A stretch of DNA of 64,000 nt, from assembly GCA_002633005.1 (NCBI GenBank), contig NMRA01000835.1:1-64000 (forward strand), read 5' to 3'. The DNA comes from Phoronis australis (Eukaryota; Animalia; Phoronida). This document shows positions 11,832 through 26,800 of this stretch, piece after piece. The notes beneath the pieces are model-generated. The model did no database searches. It was not told the origin of the DNA and saw only the letters and a list, made by a program, of their open reading frames with translations. Position 1 is the stretch's first letter; each line of letters starts with the position of its first letter. The translations under genes were made by a program, and so were the position numbers.

Positions 11832-13841
11832 TAGCTTACGACTTCTAAATAAATCCTCAACTCCTCGTATGTGTAATGGAATACTTGCGTGGCGTTACAT
11901 CTCCAAGTGCTTTGACGGTGTCCTTTAATATTAACCAAATGTGCTTAGCTGGGATACTAGCATTTGACTAGGCTATTTTGAAACCACGTGAAACTTGCTT
12001 TTTATTATTCAGTTTTTGACGTGTACAGTTTCCGAAAGACGCCAAAATAGGCACACGGGATTTTCGTAGATTTAAGACAATACGCTTCCCATTTTGTTCC
12101 AGACACTGGTTTCTTGTCTCTTCTGTGGACTTCTACCGACACAACTGCCCCTCAGATGTATTATTAAAACATTCCACAAATGTATTTGCAAATCGGAAAC
12201 ACGTTGCCACAATTAAAAAAAAAAACACGTCATCAATTGTTTCAAATCGCTTTGGCCTCTTCCACTGTACTGCTTTTTTTCCTAATTTCTCTTCAGTTTG
12301 CTTTAATCTTTTACGTGAGTTTGGAGAAAACGTGAGCTTTTAAAATTCCAACTCATTTTCAAATAGTGAATAGAGAAAGACCAACCACCAAGAACCGCAG
12401 TATCCTATTTGTGACTCAGAGAAAATGAATTTTTAGTTGACATCTTGCTGCTGTTGGCAGATCAAGGATTGGCTAAAATCATCAATCAAAATAAGGTTTA
12501 GTATTATTTTAACACAAAACTTAAGCCAAAAACTTAAATAAAACTTAGGAGTTCTTTATTGAAACGGCCTTGAGACAAATTTAAGTTTTATTTTAAAACT
12601 GACTGAAATTAAAGATTTGTCTTAGCTGAGTCAGTTTTCTTGGAATGGGTTCCGGATCTTTGGAGCCTGTTATGAACTGTTATGAAAATGACATCGTCTA
12701 TCTCACATTTTTATAGCACTATCTGTAGCGATTTGCTGTTTCCTTTGTTTCTGGCACTAGAACCTGTCAATTCCATATCAGAATAATAAATATAAAGAAA
12801 TGACACTTTGTTCTTAAGAGTCTAATGATGTCAATCAATTATTACTCATTGACGCTGCCGACTTTCTCCACGGTAGTTAAGCATTTACCAAAATGTAGTG
12901 CAACTTGTTAACACTGTCAAAACTTGACCATTTTCCGATTTGAACGTGTTAAAGAAATAATCTGGGCGATATGCTAGTAGCAGCAGCAGCAGCAGCAGAT
13001 TCTAATCCCACGCGTTAAATAGCGAAGTGCTTTAAGAGCATTTAATTCGACAAGATACCAGTCTTGATTTCAACGAATGGCTGGCAGACAAGGGCTAGAA
13101 TTGGCGATTTGTCATGAAATCACAAAAACCACAACGGATTTTGTTGTTTTGTAGTTCTATTCAAAGCTGATGCATGTAACTTTAAGAAGTTTGTACCGTC
13201 CGACAAAAATCCCAAAACTGCGTTTTTCGACCGTGACGATGTTCCTTTAATGTAAATGAAAAAAATTACTTGTGTATCTGCATTCTTGTCTATTTCACAA
13301 GTGTAGAGCATATAAATATGTGATTGCGTAATGTTTTCCGGAATAATTTATCAGCGCAAGGTGTACCTGATGTGCATCGATTTCCGGGCAGTAATGTTAA
13401 ACATTGTACAGTATATTACGGTAAACTTATGTTTATGAAAATGACATAGAAATTGAAATTATTCCGACTTGAATGTTCCTCCTATTTCGCACAAAATAAC
13501 AGCCACAGTTTTCATTTTCCAAAAGCTGATAACGTTTCTGCAAAATTTGGAAACGTTACCAAAAGTTGTTTTATGACATCTACGTAGTACAAACTATGCT
13601 AAATTTTCTTAATCTTTACTTTTTGAAGAACTTTGACAAAATAGAATTTCACCTATCGGCACATTGTGTACTAAATAACTGAAGAAGAGTTACCGTAATT
13701 CATATCTGGTCAAATTGTTATCGGACGGACAAAGGGATCTCATATTATGCTATCATTACAGCCAGTATTGCATGTATTGCAACCCAGCTGTTGTTAGACA
13801 TTGGATTCAAAGCGATTATCGGGTTTTTACGGCAGGAAAAC

Positions 13842-14059
13842 GTGTGTGTGTGTGTCTNNNNNNNNNNNNNNNNNNNNNNNNNNNNNNNNNNNNNNNNNNN
13901 NNNNNNNNNNNNNNNNNNNNNNNNNNNNNNNNNNNNNNNNNNNNNNNNNNNNNNNNNNNNNNNNNNNNNNNNNNNNNNNNNNNNNNNNNNNNNNNNNNNN
14001 NNNNNNNNNNNNNNNNNNNNNNNNNNNNNNNNNNTGTGTGTGTGTGTGTGTGTGTGTGT
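13842..14059. repeat. (GT)n microsatellite spanning an assembly gap
   Basis: GT repeats on both sides of the N run 13858-14034. Confidence 0.85.
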
Positions 14060-14267
14060 GGATCATTCTTCTTGAGCCATAAAACAACAACTTCAGTTGT
14101 ATTTCTTTTGTGATTTTATAAAAGTCGCCAATTCTCGAATGGGATTTAACGCGCCTACTGAGGTTAGACTGCAAGTTCGATTCCGCGCCATTCTCAGAAA
14201 ATTTCCGCTCTCGCTGATAATGTCGTTTAAATGAAAAGGTAACAAAATAAAATTTGTTCACTGCAGA

Positions 14268-14273
14268 TTTATT
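14268..14273 (-). terminator. Candidate Rx polyadenylation signal AATAAA
   Basis: TTTATT on + strand about 280 bp past the Rx stop codon. Confidence 0.4.
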
Positions 14274-14553
14274 CATTCTTGATTGAATTACACAATTTGA
14301 ATACAACCACGTCAATGAGTTAGCTACGCTTTACAATTAAAACTTTGAATAAATAAATTTCACAAACTTTCTTTCGTTCGATTATCCCCATGGAGCTTAA
14401 ACAATAACGTTTAACATCTCCATAGCAACCTCGCTTGTCCAATGGCACTGTTGGAATTGACGCATTACGGTCCAATCCGTACGGGGTCGCTGGCCACAAA
14501 TTTCTATCCACGAAATGACCGGAAACGTAAAATAAAAGATCAAAAAGAAGAGC

Positions 14554-14876
14554 TCACACGGGAAAATGCCGTCCAAAAATCCCCATGTGTTCCCTAGCTT
14601 TCATCCTTAAGGAGGCGATAGAATTATTTCTTGGGTCACTTCCCTCAACATCCACGTTTTTCACTGATGCGTGCGGAAGGCTGCTCATTGCTGTTGCAAG
14701 TCCAGTAAACACATCGGCTGTGTTCGCCGCGTTAAAGTATGAGGACAAATTGACGTTAGCTCCCGGATGTGGAAAGTAACCCGGAAGACTGTGCAGGCTC
14801 GTGCTCACGCCCATGTGACCTGGGTTAGAGATGGGAGACGTCATCCAAGGGTCCAACGGAAGGGAAGTAGTGAGTC
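14554..14876 (-). CDS. Rx: Rx exon 4 (Rx motif + OAR domain, stop)
   Basis: Acceptor tttcag; [11 protein letters not shown]...[27 protein letters not shown]. Confidence 0.93.
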
Positions 14877-17800
14877 CTGAAATAAAGGATTGCCTTTTAT
14901 GTGGATTCAAGCATCACGTGGAGACTAGAGATGTAGCTCACCTGCCTCTATTTTCCTGGCGCGTTTAAAGAGTCGCAGACGACATTTAATTAATGTCAAA
15001 TGATGTGCTTAAAATGGTAGTAAAGTGACAACAAATCCTCGTTTCGACAAAGAAAATTACTTTTTATATAGGTCACATACCGCTATAAAATTGATGCGTC
15101 ATTTTGTTCCTATTATCTGGCTTCTAGCCTGAGACCACGCACAGTGTATAAAGTGACACGCCTAAACAAGCCAACATGTACATCCTGCCTCCTGTTCAGT
15201 AACGCTAGGACCTCGCTAAAAGGCAAGACTTCGTGAGATTACGTGAGATATTGCCGTGCATTTGAAAAGATGAACACGTGACTTTGACTAGATTTTAGCT
15301 AGGTCCTAGCGTAGGTCCTAGCGTCTACTGAACGCACGCCTGGTTTCAACTCTTTCGAAGCCATGATATCAGCTCCAATTTGACTTTAAACAATTAGAGA
15401 ACTATTTCATAAAAGTAAGTGACATTATTCAAAAACCATTTTGTGTGACGTAAGGCGGGTTTATAGCCGTTTTTGTATTAAAATCCATATACACGTAGAC
15501 AAATCAGACTTCGAGACCCTCTCCCGCATGTTGCATGAATGAAGAGTCTCTCACATCTACATGCAAGTGTTGCGAAAGATGTCAAATACATGCACGATCC
15601 CGTATAGGGCTTCGCAAGGTATGTGTCACGTCACCCGTCATCCTTCGCTATACGCGAGGAAAATAAAATGAAATCCTAATTCGCAACATGTGGTGAGTTT
15701 GACACACATACGAGGGCGGATCCAGGATTTTGAGTTAGGGGGGCCAGGGCAGAGTGTTAGCCAGAAATTTGCCTGGCAGACATTCGCACCCCCCGAATAA
15801 CCAAATGGAATCTGGGAAAATATTGTGGGGGTGTACATGGCCCCTTTGCCCCCCCCCCACCTCCCTTAAATTCGCTTCTGAGATGTGCCACCCTCTGTAA
15901 CACTAAGGGATTTGCAACACGCGTCTTAAAGTACGGAGAATCTGCCATCACTCGTAACATGGGTAAGTATACACTTTGTTTCTTGCGGTGTTGTAACACC
16001 CGCTGTAAGGTGCGGAGGGTACGAAATCCTTAGCTGCATGTGGGGGTTTGCAGTGCTGGTCGTAACATACATGTACATTCGGTTAAAAAGTCCCGAGAAA
16101 AAGACGAACAGATGACCCTTAAGGTAGTACGCGTTTGTTTTTAAGGATGACCCATAAATGTACTGTACTAGAATGTTTTCACCAATTGCTTACCTGTAGG
16201 GTTTCTTGCGGTTAGGGACGCCATAGGGTAGGTATCGTTTATCTTTAATGAACTACTTTCGAGCTTTTCCTGTCGTCGCCATTTTGCTCTTCTATTTTGA
16301 AACCAAACCTGAAATAACATGACGTCATCGATACTGTTAGTGCTACAACCGACGCTAGGCCTTTTAGAAGTACATTTGCTAGGGTTAGTAAACGTACTAA
16401 ACACTTTATTACATTACATTACATCAACAAATTGAAGGGACCAGTCAACGACACCATACTCGCTTCCAGAACGTCAAAGCCCGCTCTACAATCTCGATGA
16501 AACCACGGGCTGGGGACATGTGGACGAGGTTGTTGACTGAGGGTGCAACAAGTGTCATCGTTTCCTACTCAGGTTAGCCTGTCCTGTAAAACTCTTGTGA
16601 ACGAAGCGAGAACTACGTCATTGATGGGACACAGCCCGCGTTCAAACGGAGAATAGCAATGATGATGATGATGGTGAAGATGATGATAGCAATAATAAAA
16701 ATAATGGCCATAATATTTATAATAATTACAATAATAATAGTAATAATGCTAACAATAATATTAATATGATGATGATGGTGATAAAAATAATAATAATAAT
16801 CATAATAATAATAATAATATGATGATGATGGTGATGGTGATAATAATAATAATGATCATAATAAAAACAATAATAATAATAATAATAATAACAATAATGA
16901 TAATAATAATAATGATGATAATTATAATAATAATAATAATAATATACTTCATTTATAGAGGATACGGAACAAATAAAACAAGCTAAAAGTACGTGTGCCC
17001 AGCCTGATCCTCCTGAGTTCAAAGTTAATTAAGCCATGTAAATTACGTGAAGTTAAATTAAACAAGTAGAGAACAAAAAATGTAAAAATTAAGAAGATAA
17101 CGACACAAGGGATGATGATACATGCAATGAGCTTTAAATAACAAATGATGTGAGTAACGAAACGACAAAAGGGTGAGTCAGACAAAGGAGGCAGCGTGTT
17201 CTTTGACTACAGGAACCTAGAAAAATGTCTGAATTTGGCTTCTTTCAAGACATCATACATCAGAAATGGCTGACCGGATTCGTATGAAACTTTCACTTAC
17301 TATACTTCATATAATGTTCTCTAAAACGCCAGGAATATTGTATTTAAAATGTTCCACTTTTGCATACAATGAAAAATAGTTGCAGGCGGTCACGTACACG
17401 TTGTACCAGAGATGCGCAAGCCGCTCGGGTGGGCCTATGGCATTGATCACCTGGAACCATTTTTATGTCTTAATAATATATAGATAAAACCGAGCTGAGG
17501 AGCTAGAACCCACGACCTTGACCTTCAATACAGGAGGTGGGCACTTATCCCACTAGGCCACACTGCCTCCTCTGCCTTTTAGATAAGGTCCCACGTAAAC
17601 TTAAATTCACTTTTAGAAAAATTACTCTTGCATAACAAGCTATCAAATATATACAGCTTTAATGGCTTTATTAAAAAGTTCAGAAGGTGCATAAATCGAA
17701 AATGCAATCATGATACCTTACAAAACTGTAGCAGCGTTTTTGAAATTTCATATGGAACAAAATTTGTACATGTTACTGCTGGTGTTGTTTTGCTGTCAAT

Positions 17801-20800
17801 GTAAATTTATTTTGCTTGATTTTACTTAAAACACGGTCACGTGACCCAGTTAATGACAGATTGGTAAAAAGTGAAAAATTCTACAGACTTTCAACTTTTA
17901 GAAAATGTATGCTGTGACTAAGTTACAATCTGTAGCTTTATGGGCATTTGAGTAAATACAAAGTTTTGTCGATAAGGTCTCCGATAACCTGTGAAACACA
18001 CAAAACCGCGTTTTTTCAGTTCTACTCATCCATAGGCGGATTTAGGGGGGGCCCGGGCCTCCCCCCCCCCTTGGCTGCCGCAAAAAATAAAACAGTAAGA
18101 ACGTAGGGAAATGTTGAGTTTATTAATTAACCCCGGTAATTAAAATTATACGGATGAGAAAAGATTTAAATGTGTGCAGTTTTAGTGTTGGGGNNNNNNN
18201 NNNNNNNNNNNNNNNNNNNNNNNNNNNNNNNNNNNNNNNNNNNNNNNNNNNNNNNNNNNNNNNNNNNNNNNNNNNNNNNNNNNNNNNNNNNNNNNNNNNN
18301 NNNNNNNNNNNNNNNNNNNNNNNNNNGTTTCCGTCGTCTGCTCCACTGTGCAATGAAGAAAATTTACTTCATTTAAAAAAAAAATGGAACCTGAGTGACG
18401 ATGAAAAAACAGAAGCTGCTGGTAAGATGTGAATTTTAATCGAAGCGTTAGTGAATCACTCAGAAACTCGCAATACTCTCTTTGTCAAACCTTATGTTAA
18501 GACGATTTCCAAAGCAATCCCGTCATTATTGAAAACACGAAAAACGGATTTGGTTTTTTGGGCATTTGAACACTATTTTAAATGCGACAAATTTGTTAAG
18601 AACCGATTGCACAAAACGTGTAATAAGCATTACAAAAAGAAGTAGGTTTCGCGCGCAAACGCTGTGGACCATAAACAAGTAGGTCTTTTAGTATTAGATT
18701 AGCACTTAAATCGTGTTGGTGTAGTGGTAACGCACGCGCGCAGTATACGCAAGGTCGTGAGTTCGAGTCTTTGGTACGTGCAGTTTTTCCTGTTTGACAC
18801 GTTCTCCGTGTTTGTTTTCTTGGATAAAACTTCAGGAATCAAGGAAAATGCTTAATTTTTAGAGGTAAAAACAGGAAAAATTCCTGGGCGGGAGGGGGGC
18901 AAATCCCCCTCCCGACCTCCCCCCATTCGGTGCTATGCGCATCTACAATCGTGGTTCAGTTTGCGCAAATGTTTACAGCCGGACAAAATGTTGGGCCCCC
19001 CTTGTGATATCCTAGATCCGCCACTGTCATCAGTTCACTGAACTCAAAATGCTTCGGTTAATATCTGGAGAGGTTTTGTTCGGGTTACATAAGAACAGAT
19101 TCTAAATGTGTTATAACTGATAGCGTTTTGAGGAAAAATTTGGGAAAACGAACGAGAATGTTCCGGTCAATTATACCGCTACCTCTACTATTTGAAAACT
19201 GTACACCGTTCAACGCACAAAATGCATTCCGAAGTTATGAAATAATTGTTGCTTGACTGGATAATGATTGGTTTGTAGACAGGTTAGGTATTCTACTGAA
19301 CGAGAAAGCGACAATTTCAGGAAATTGTCACTCTTATAGACTACACATTTAATTGAGTTTTGAATACAATAATGCCGTAATTATATACACAAGATTCCTA
19401 CCTTCATTGAACTCTAACCACAAATAGAAACTCGTAAACTGGCCAGGTGATTACAACCTTGTGACTAAAAACTGTAATTTAACAACCCGCAATTCATTTC
19501 TTAATTCCCTATTAGAAATAATAACCTGAATTTGTTAAACTCACGTCGTATAGTTTTCTGTCAACATGCTTTGGCGTGAACGTGATTCAATATCTAATCG
19601 CAACCTCTTCTCAACATGGAAGATGGCTAGTATATGTTTTGCGGACTGAGTGTGCGAAACACAATGTCCTTGTTCAGTCAAGATTGGTTAACTAAATTGC
19701 ACTGTGTATGATTTAACTAATGTTAGGAACTCGTACCATATCTCATCAAATTTGGCTCTTAAGTAACCTCATTATGTTCTTACATTTTCTCGTCAAATTA
19801 TCCCCGTATCCACAGCATGCGTAATTCGTTTCTCAAATTAATTTGTAAATCGCCGGCAAGCCTAAATCAGCACTTTTAGTCTGGTTTCTGTGTAGTACCA
19901 ACACCTATTTACGTTATTTGTACTGCCAGTGACGATTTAACTGTCTGAAATTATGGTTAATTTGGTAGAGATCCCGTGTACGGATTGGCGCCTGGTAATT
20001 CTACCGAAGTAAAGCTTCTTTGTGAAAATATCGCTTCGTGAGAATGTACTCTGTAGGTTTCACCGATTGCTACAGCACCTGCTGTTTAGAAACACCTACG
20101 ATATAAAACAAAATTTTGTCCGCAGAAAATTTTTAATTTAGATAGAGCGGTAGCGTAGAGTAGGGTTTTAGCCAAAATTGGTTTACATGGGGAATTGCTT
20201 TAGTGCCATTTATAATTTATAAACATTTCAAAAATGAGATGCCATTGTCGATTCGTTCTTGGTCTATTTTAAAATAAAAACGACGTGATCTAATAGTGTT
20301 TGTTTTGCGTAATCGCTTTAATAAATAAGTGATAACTTTTTAAAACATATTAAAAATGTTTTTAAATCATGCATTTGATTGTAATTTCCCAATCTGATTG
20401 AATTGATAATTAGACTACATTTCCATCTTTATTTTGAAAGGCTAATGTATATGTATCCATTAAATGTTCCACGCTGTACGGATATATTATGTATTTAGGC
20501 GCGCGCGAATGTGTGTGTTTGAGTGTGTGTGCAATGTATGAACCGGTATGTATGCATGTGTGTGTGTATCACTGGTTGTTTGTGTGACTGTAGACGTTTT
20601 TGGGTATGTGCGTCCACGTATGTGTGTATTTGTGTATTTTTGTCTATCTAATGTCAGTCAGCCAGCATGCATGTGTGTGTACATGTATGAATGTATCACA
20701 TGATGAACATCACAACGTGTTCGGGTTCGTGGAAGGTGAAACCAAAGCGGCTGATTCGTGTGCCTGCTCCAAACACTAGCGTATGGCGGCCTACTTCATT

Positions 20801-23800
20801 GTTTTGTAAATAATTCAAAGTGGTCGTTCAGTGCATAAGATGTGATTTTAGCCCAAAGCGAGGCTATTTTCTGTTGAAAACTTTGAAACTCATTCGTGAG
20901 TTCTTTTACTTTAGACTCACCTGATATGTCTCAAAGCTTGGCAAGACTGGGCCGTCCGTAAAACGTTTTGTTTCCCCTCGCTGTCTGGGACGGGGACGTC
21001 GTTTGGTAAACTACTAAAATTATTTCTCCGCTTTTCATTTTCGGGAAGCAATCGTTTTTGTTAAAAAAGTACATTTTATACTGAACAAAAAATATTTACC
21101 TGTCGAATTACTGTCTGTTATGCGAGAGGAATCAAACTAATACTTTCATGTTGATTCTTACGCGTCCATATTTGTATTGTACATTAATAAAAAAACTGTT
21201 GGCGACAGAGGGAGCTGAAGTGGGTGGCAACCTGAGGCAGTTTGCAACGAACGGGAAAGGGGATGCAAAATGATCTTCGACGAACAGGTGGTTATGGTCC
21301 CACTGTGCCCCTACTACGGGCCAAGCCAGTGTCTGAGCTTATAACGAACTTTTGCCAAGATTACCGGCACGTACGTACGCATGCGTATATGTGGTAACAC
21401 TTTTCACATTTTACAATTCACAGCGACATGATCTTGGTATTTCCATGAATCTGATTTTCTAGGAGAATGCAGCAAATTTAAAATCATTTGCGTGTAAAGG
21501 GAAGCTAAATTTGAGCGCTGTCTCTTAAAAATAAATGCGTAATTAGTAATTAACTTCCTGTGCAATTTCTTTGATCAAGACTAGTAGTGACCGCCGGTTT
21601 AACAAATTGGTAGGAATCCTAACATTAATATAGAACCTAGAGCGAAATAGTAGAAAAATGGTTGCCCCAACAAATGTATTTCATCGATTTTAAACAAAAG
21701 GAGAATTTGTTAGTTTTATTAAAACTGGATTCAGTTGAATTGAAAGAGACTAGCGTTTGACTCGAGCACATGGGTTGGACCGGTAACCGGTATAGTTTAA
21801 TTACAGAATTGAATCATCGATGATATAACATCCTGAGATGGTTTAGTTTTGGCTGGTTACATCAAAGTTAACAGATTATGAACACAAGCAGAATAAATTG
21901 ATTCAATTTGTTTGAAGACGTAATGAAATCAGCGACAATCAAATTACATTATTATATTATTAAGTCAACTTGTTATAGTATATTCCTTGATTTGTCACCA
22001 TTCCACGTAATTGCGTATTAACTTTCACCGCTAACTGAGTTATGAAGAAACGACGCGAATAGCGAACTGTGATAGTTACGTTTTATTCGTTCAGATATTG
22101 CTCAATACGTCGTTGTCACAGAAAGTACAGTTGCGTATTGGATCCAGAAATTACTCATTCGTTTCCTCTTCGTCAGCTGTTGAAAAGATAGTATAACTTA
22201 CCCGACGACAAGCATTCCAGTGTGTTATCGGCGTCCACAACTTAACTTGATGTTACCTTTGAGTTTCAGAAATGGGAATTAAAAGGTTATATATTCTTTC
22301 TTTTTCAATTTAGTTCAAAACGTTTATGAAGCGAATTCTAATGTAATCGTTAACCATGGCTTATTACCCATGCATTTGCAATATTAGAAATGTAATTCCG
22401 AATTTCTGTTGGTACACCAAGAAAATAGTGCCCACAATTGGAGAACCTAGCTCTTTAGAACTTTAGTGTCGAGGTAAAAATGTTAGTATACAAAGGGTTA
22501 CTATTTATGAGGTCACAGTTTCCATATTGCGAAGAGACGTGAGCAATAATTATTAAAGCCATTTTCGCGAGCATACAAATAGTACACTTTTCTGCTCCCC
22601 CGCTCCCCCGACATTGTACCAAATTGATGACACGTAAATATAAATGTCAATATCTATTTCTTAAAGTGTGCGTATGGTTCAAACTCTGATGCTGGTATGC
22701 GCCTGGACAGGTAAATATGTAATTATTTTCAAACAATTCCGCTCCGTGTTTTAGGTAAGAAAACCACTGAGTAAAAATTTGAATTGTCTTTACGTGTACG
22801 TATCGCCGTAGTCAGCGCTGTACACGTTTTACCAAAGCGATGCCATCATTTTGTGCATTTTATGAAATTGACAAAAATAGCAAACGGTCTTCTAGGTATA
22901 CTTTATAATTAATGAGACTCACTGCAAGCTGTCATCCCCATCACAATAATTCGATAACATGCTCCTTGTATTCCGGTCATGACATATTTACAGTGCGATA
23001 TGTCTTGTGGAGCCATTTATGCCCCGTCCAATTTTCCGAAATTATTTATCGTAAATGAACATCTATGTTTTAAGAATTCCTGTTGTTGCCACGGTATATC
23101 ATCCTTTCACTTACGCCCTGTCATTTTTACTTCTTGGGAAACTGAGAATAGTACACGCGTTATATCGTTCGGGACATATATCGCTCAAATAAGCCACACC
23201 TAACTTTGGGCGTAAGTTGGACTGTTTTACAAAAAGCTCCCCGCTTACAGTTTGTTTTTATTTTTACCGTTCCCCCATCACCATTTACACTCTCGTCTAA
23301 CCCTTATACCCTTTCTCTCGCTGATGGCACGAACCAAATTGTATACATTACGTCATTCCTACCAATAATTACGGGTACACGCTTAATTAGCCACGGTTTC
23401 TGTTCATTTATTTGGACCAATAACCATCATCGCAATAACTGTCTCTTGTCATTATGATTCTGTTATAGTCGGATTATACTGTTTAATTAATAGCTTATAA
23501 TGGGATTACAAAGCTCACGTCACTAAAGCAATAGATTTAGATCTATAACAATCTACATTTAGGCAGTCCCATTAATAAACGCGGAAATACAATGCATGGT
23601 TAATAGCCGTGAGATGTATTTAATTGTAGTAATATACAGTCACCAAATGCGTACGTACTCTTCTCAAGAACAAAAGATGAAACTGGCAAGCATTTTCTCT
23701 GAACAGAACCATAGGTTATAAATCCACTTATTATGAAAACTGATTGCTATATACTTCAAGAAATGTTATCTGCGCAATGATTTGTCCACAGATTCTCGTC

Positions 23801-26800
23801 GACCGGTCATGTATCATAGCTGCAAAAACATTCACCCTGCTTAGCCTTGTGTTTCGAAAAATAAACCATGATGAGGTAGCTAAAATCCGTTTACCAACTC
23901 CATATTGGAGCCGATGATTAGTGTGCAAGTAAATACACGCTCTGTAAGTAATTGGTCGATTTAATTGCCCGTATTAATTGACAAAAATGTGATTTATAAG
24001 TTACCAATTTGTTTTCATTTTCTCAAGGCTAATTCGTTTTCTAATCAATGTTGGCTTTGTGACTGATTTATCAAACATGACATACACTTTATTGGCTAAT
24101 AGGCTGAAAACTTTAACTAAAACGTCAGTACAGAAGATGTATCTATTAGATGGTAATAAATTACGCGACTGCTTAAATTCAATCACAAATGTTAAATGTT
24201 CAAACCGAGGATATCATGGCAAAGTACTGTAACTTTCAAGACTCAATTTGAAAGGTTCGACCGTCATATTTCTAAAAAATTCATCTACCGCAGAAGAGAT
24301 GATAGACCCTTGTGATAAAAAAATAACTACTCCTCTTCTAAGGACTGCGCTATGCACAACACTCGTGCAGAGGAACTGGACAATTGGTCAATTCTTGTTA
24401 ATATTTAATGTAAGCCCATCAACTCGTGTGACAGTTTGACAGGTGTAGAGCTACACTGATCACGTCTTAAGGAGTCGATGCCAAAGCGGCAACGTGCTAC
24501 ACGTTAATACCGCGCCATTAAATACGCATTAAACGGTGTGTGATTCAATATTAACGATTTAATTACATTTATCTCTTTGAAGTAGTGGTCCATTGCGTCT
24601 GGTGTTATTTTCGTCACATTAGCAAAGGAGCAAAATAGAAAATGGTTTCGTCTAGGAAGACCGTTCCTACAATTCAATACTCTCATGAAGTATGTCTGTT
24701 TTCAATTCGTTATCTTGGTATGAACTTCAGCGGCTACACGAATATTCTTTGTATACCAATTTCATGTTTTCTTATTGTTACTTTGATCTGTTTTTTTTAA
24801 TATTTTCACATATACTATTTCCTTTATATCAACTAAGGCACAGAACTTAGTTATATGTAGATATATAGAGTATATAGATCCAATATTGAATTGTACTTCC
24901 TTTCACAATGGAAGTTTAAGGCAACAGAATATCTATTCAGAAAAGTTGTCAGTAACTGGAAACAGGAAAAACATAATGGTCGTTAACCAGCCCTGCGATA
25001 AGCAAATATATTAGAACCAAGGCATTGGTTTCTGAGTTTAAGCAAAATTGTACTACATTTTGTAGCTTCAATAAAATTGCGGACCGTTGTCCTATTGGAA
25101 TTCCATGTCAATATTTTAAATTTACCTGAACTCTAACTTCTGGTAAATTGACTTTAAGCGCCAGTTCTTCGCGGCTGTATACGTCCGGATAGTGCGACTT
25201 CTCAAACGCCCTCTCTAGTTCATGCAGTTGGTATGTTGTGAACGTCGTCCTGTTCCGTCGGTGTTTTTTCTTGCTCGGCTCATCGCCACTGTCCGAAAGT
25301 TCGCCATCTTTGTTTGAGTTCACGTGATCATTTTTTTCTTGAGTTGAGACTGGAGAGTGTTGGGATTCTAGAAAGACAGAAAAGTCGTCTGCGTCAACCT
25401 CAGATTATACAATTTCCTTTCTTGTTAAATTTTAACTGTTAGTGTAACTGTTCATTCATTTTATAATTTGGCAGCGAATACTCTAAGATACATGTTACGT
25501 TGAAAACTGCTGTGAAATTAAGACTTTTCAGAAACAATCTTTCAGTCACGCAGTTGCGTAAGCATACATTTTATATTCATTTTTAGTTTAACTATCTGCC
25601 TACGATTTATTCTTACCCAGTTACTGTTCTTTCACGCGGTATTAGTCAAAATTGTCGCAAAATGTGGAAGCTGGCGGAATAAGTCGATTATATCTCAATT
25701 ATTATTAGTTTAAGCAGAAATAGTAATTTCGTAAACAATCAACACAGTTACAGTGATTTGGCATATTTTAAATTTTTATAATTTCTCAAAGAGGGACTTT
25801 TAAAGCGTTTTCTTTAAAAATCGTTTTTATAAACATAGTCGAGTTAAAACACACGTTAAACGTTATAGTTGTGATATAATCAACTTTCTAAATACTTTTT
25901 ATCTCTTTTAAGTTGTGGGTGACTTTTTTCTCTAGTTTATGTCAAGAATAAAACATATAATGGAGCGCAAATTATTACGATTCATGTAATATGTTTTCAA
26001 TTTGAATGAATACTGTAATTAAGTTTTTAATTATTATTATTGAATATTTGTTGAACGGATGAGTGAACAAAGAAATCGATTTGCCTACCAAGAAAAATGT
26101 ATTCATCAAATCAATGAACAAAATTCGAGCTAAACTTCACAATTAAGATATATAGAATAGTAAATAATAAAATATAATATATTAATTTTTCAATCAGTCG
26201 CGTGCGCTGATAATTCAACAAGGTAGGCAAATTATCAAATGCGACCTAATATAATCCAATAGTTTAATTCATAAAAAATGTCCTTTTTCAAGAATAACAA
26301 TACTAAATAAAACCAAATGATTTTCTAAAAATGAAAGAAAAAAAGACTTTCTCACCCATTATCGTTTAAATGTCCGAAGAGTCAACCGATGCGTCTTAAA
26401 TAACAGACGAACGTGAGAGCGCGATAAAACGCGGCGAAGATTTATAAAGATCTCGGTAAATCTAAGGGATTAGCACAAGTCGCCACAAGTAGAAGCAATG
26501 TAATGACAAAATGGGAACTAACCTTTTTTAAATAGTACGTTAATTGGAAAAATATTGCGTGTTAAAAGACTCACGCTCGACACGTGGTCGAGACCCTCGC
26601 TCATGAAGAGGACACACATTAACGGCTAATGAAGCGATAGTATACATGATTTTATCAATTAGACGAAGTAGTCAGAGTTTTTATTAATTGCAGTACAAAA
26701 TACGTCGATTAACTTATCCGGGGGGTCGACGTTATCTGTATGTCTCCTCTTGGCTTTTATCAATGCCCAAAGTATACTTTGAATGTATTCCTTGGGTTCT

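Noticed and set aside
16726-17022. Tyr/His/Ile-rich ORF (likewise ORFs at 4727, 13715-14315, 42699, 55302-55830)
   Set aside because: Translations of microsatellites or N gaps
17490-17570. Functional tRNA gene
   Set aside because: A/B-box-like motifs are present but I could not build a cloverleaf; it is part of a dispersed repeat
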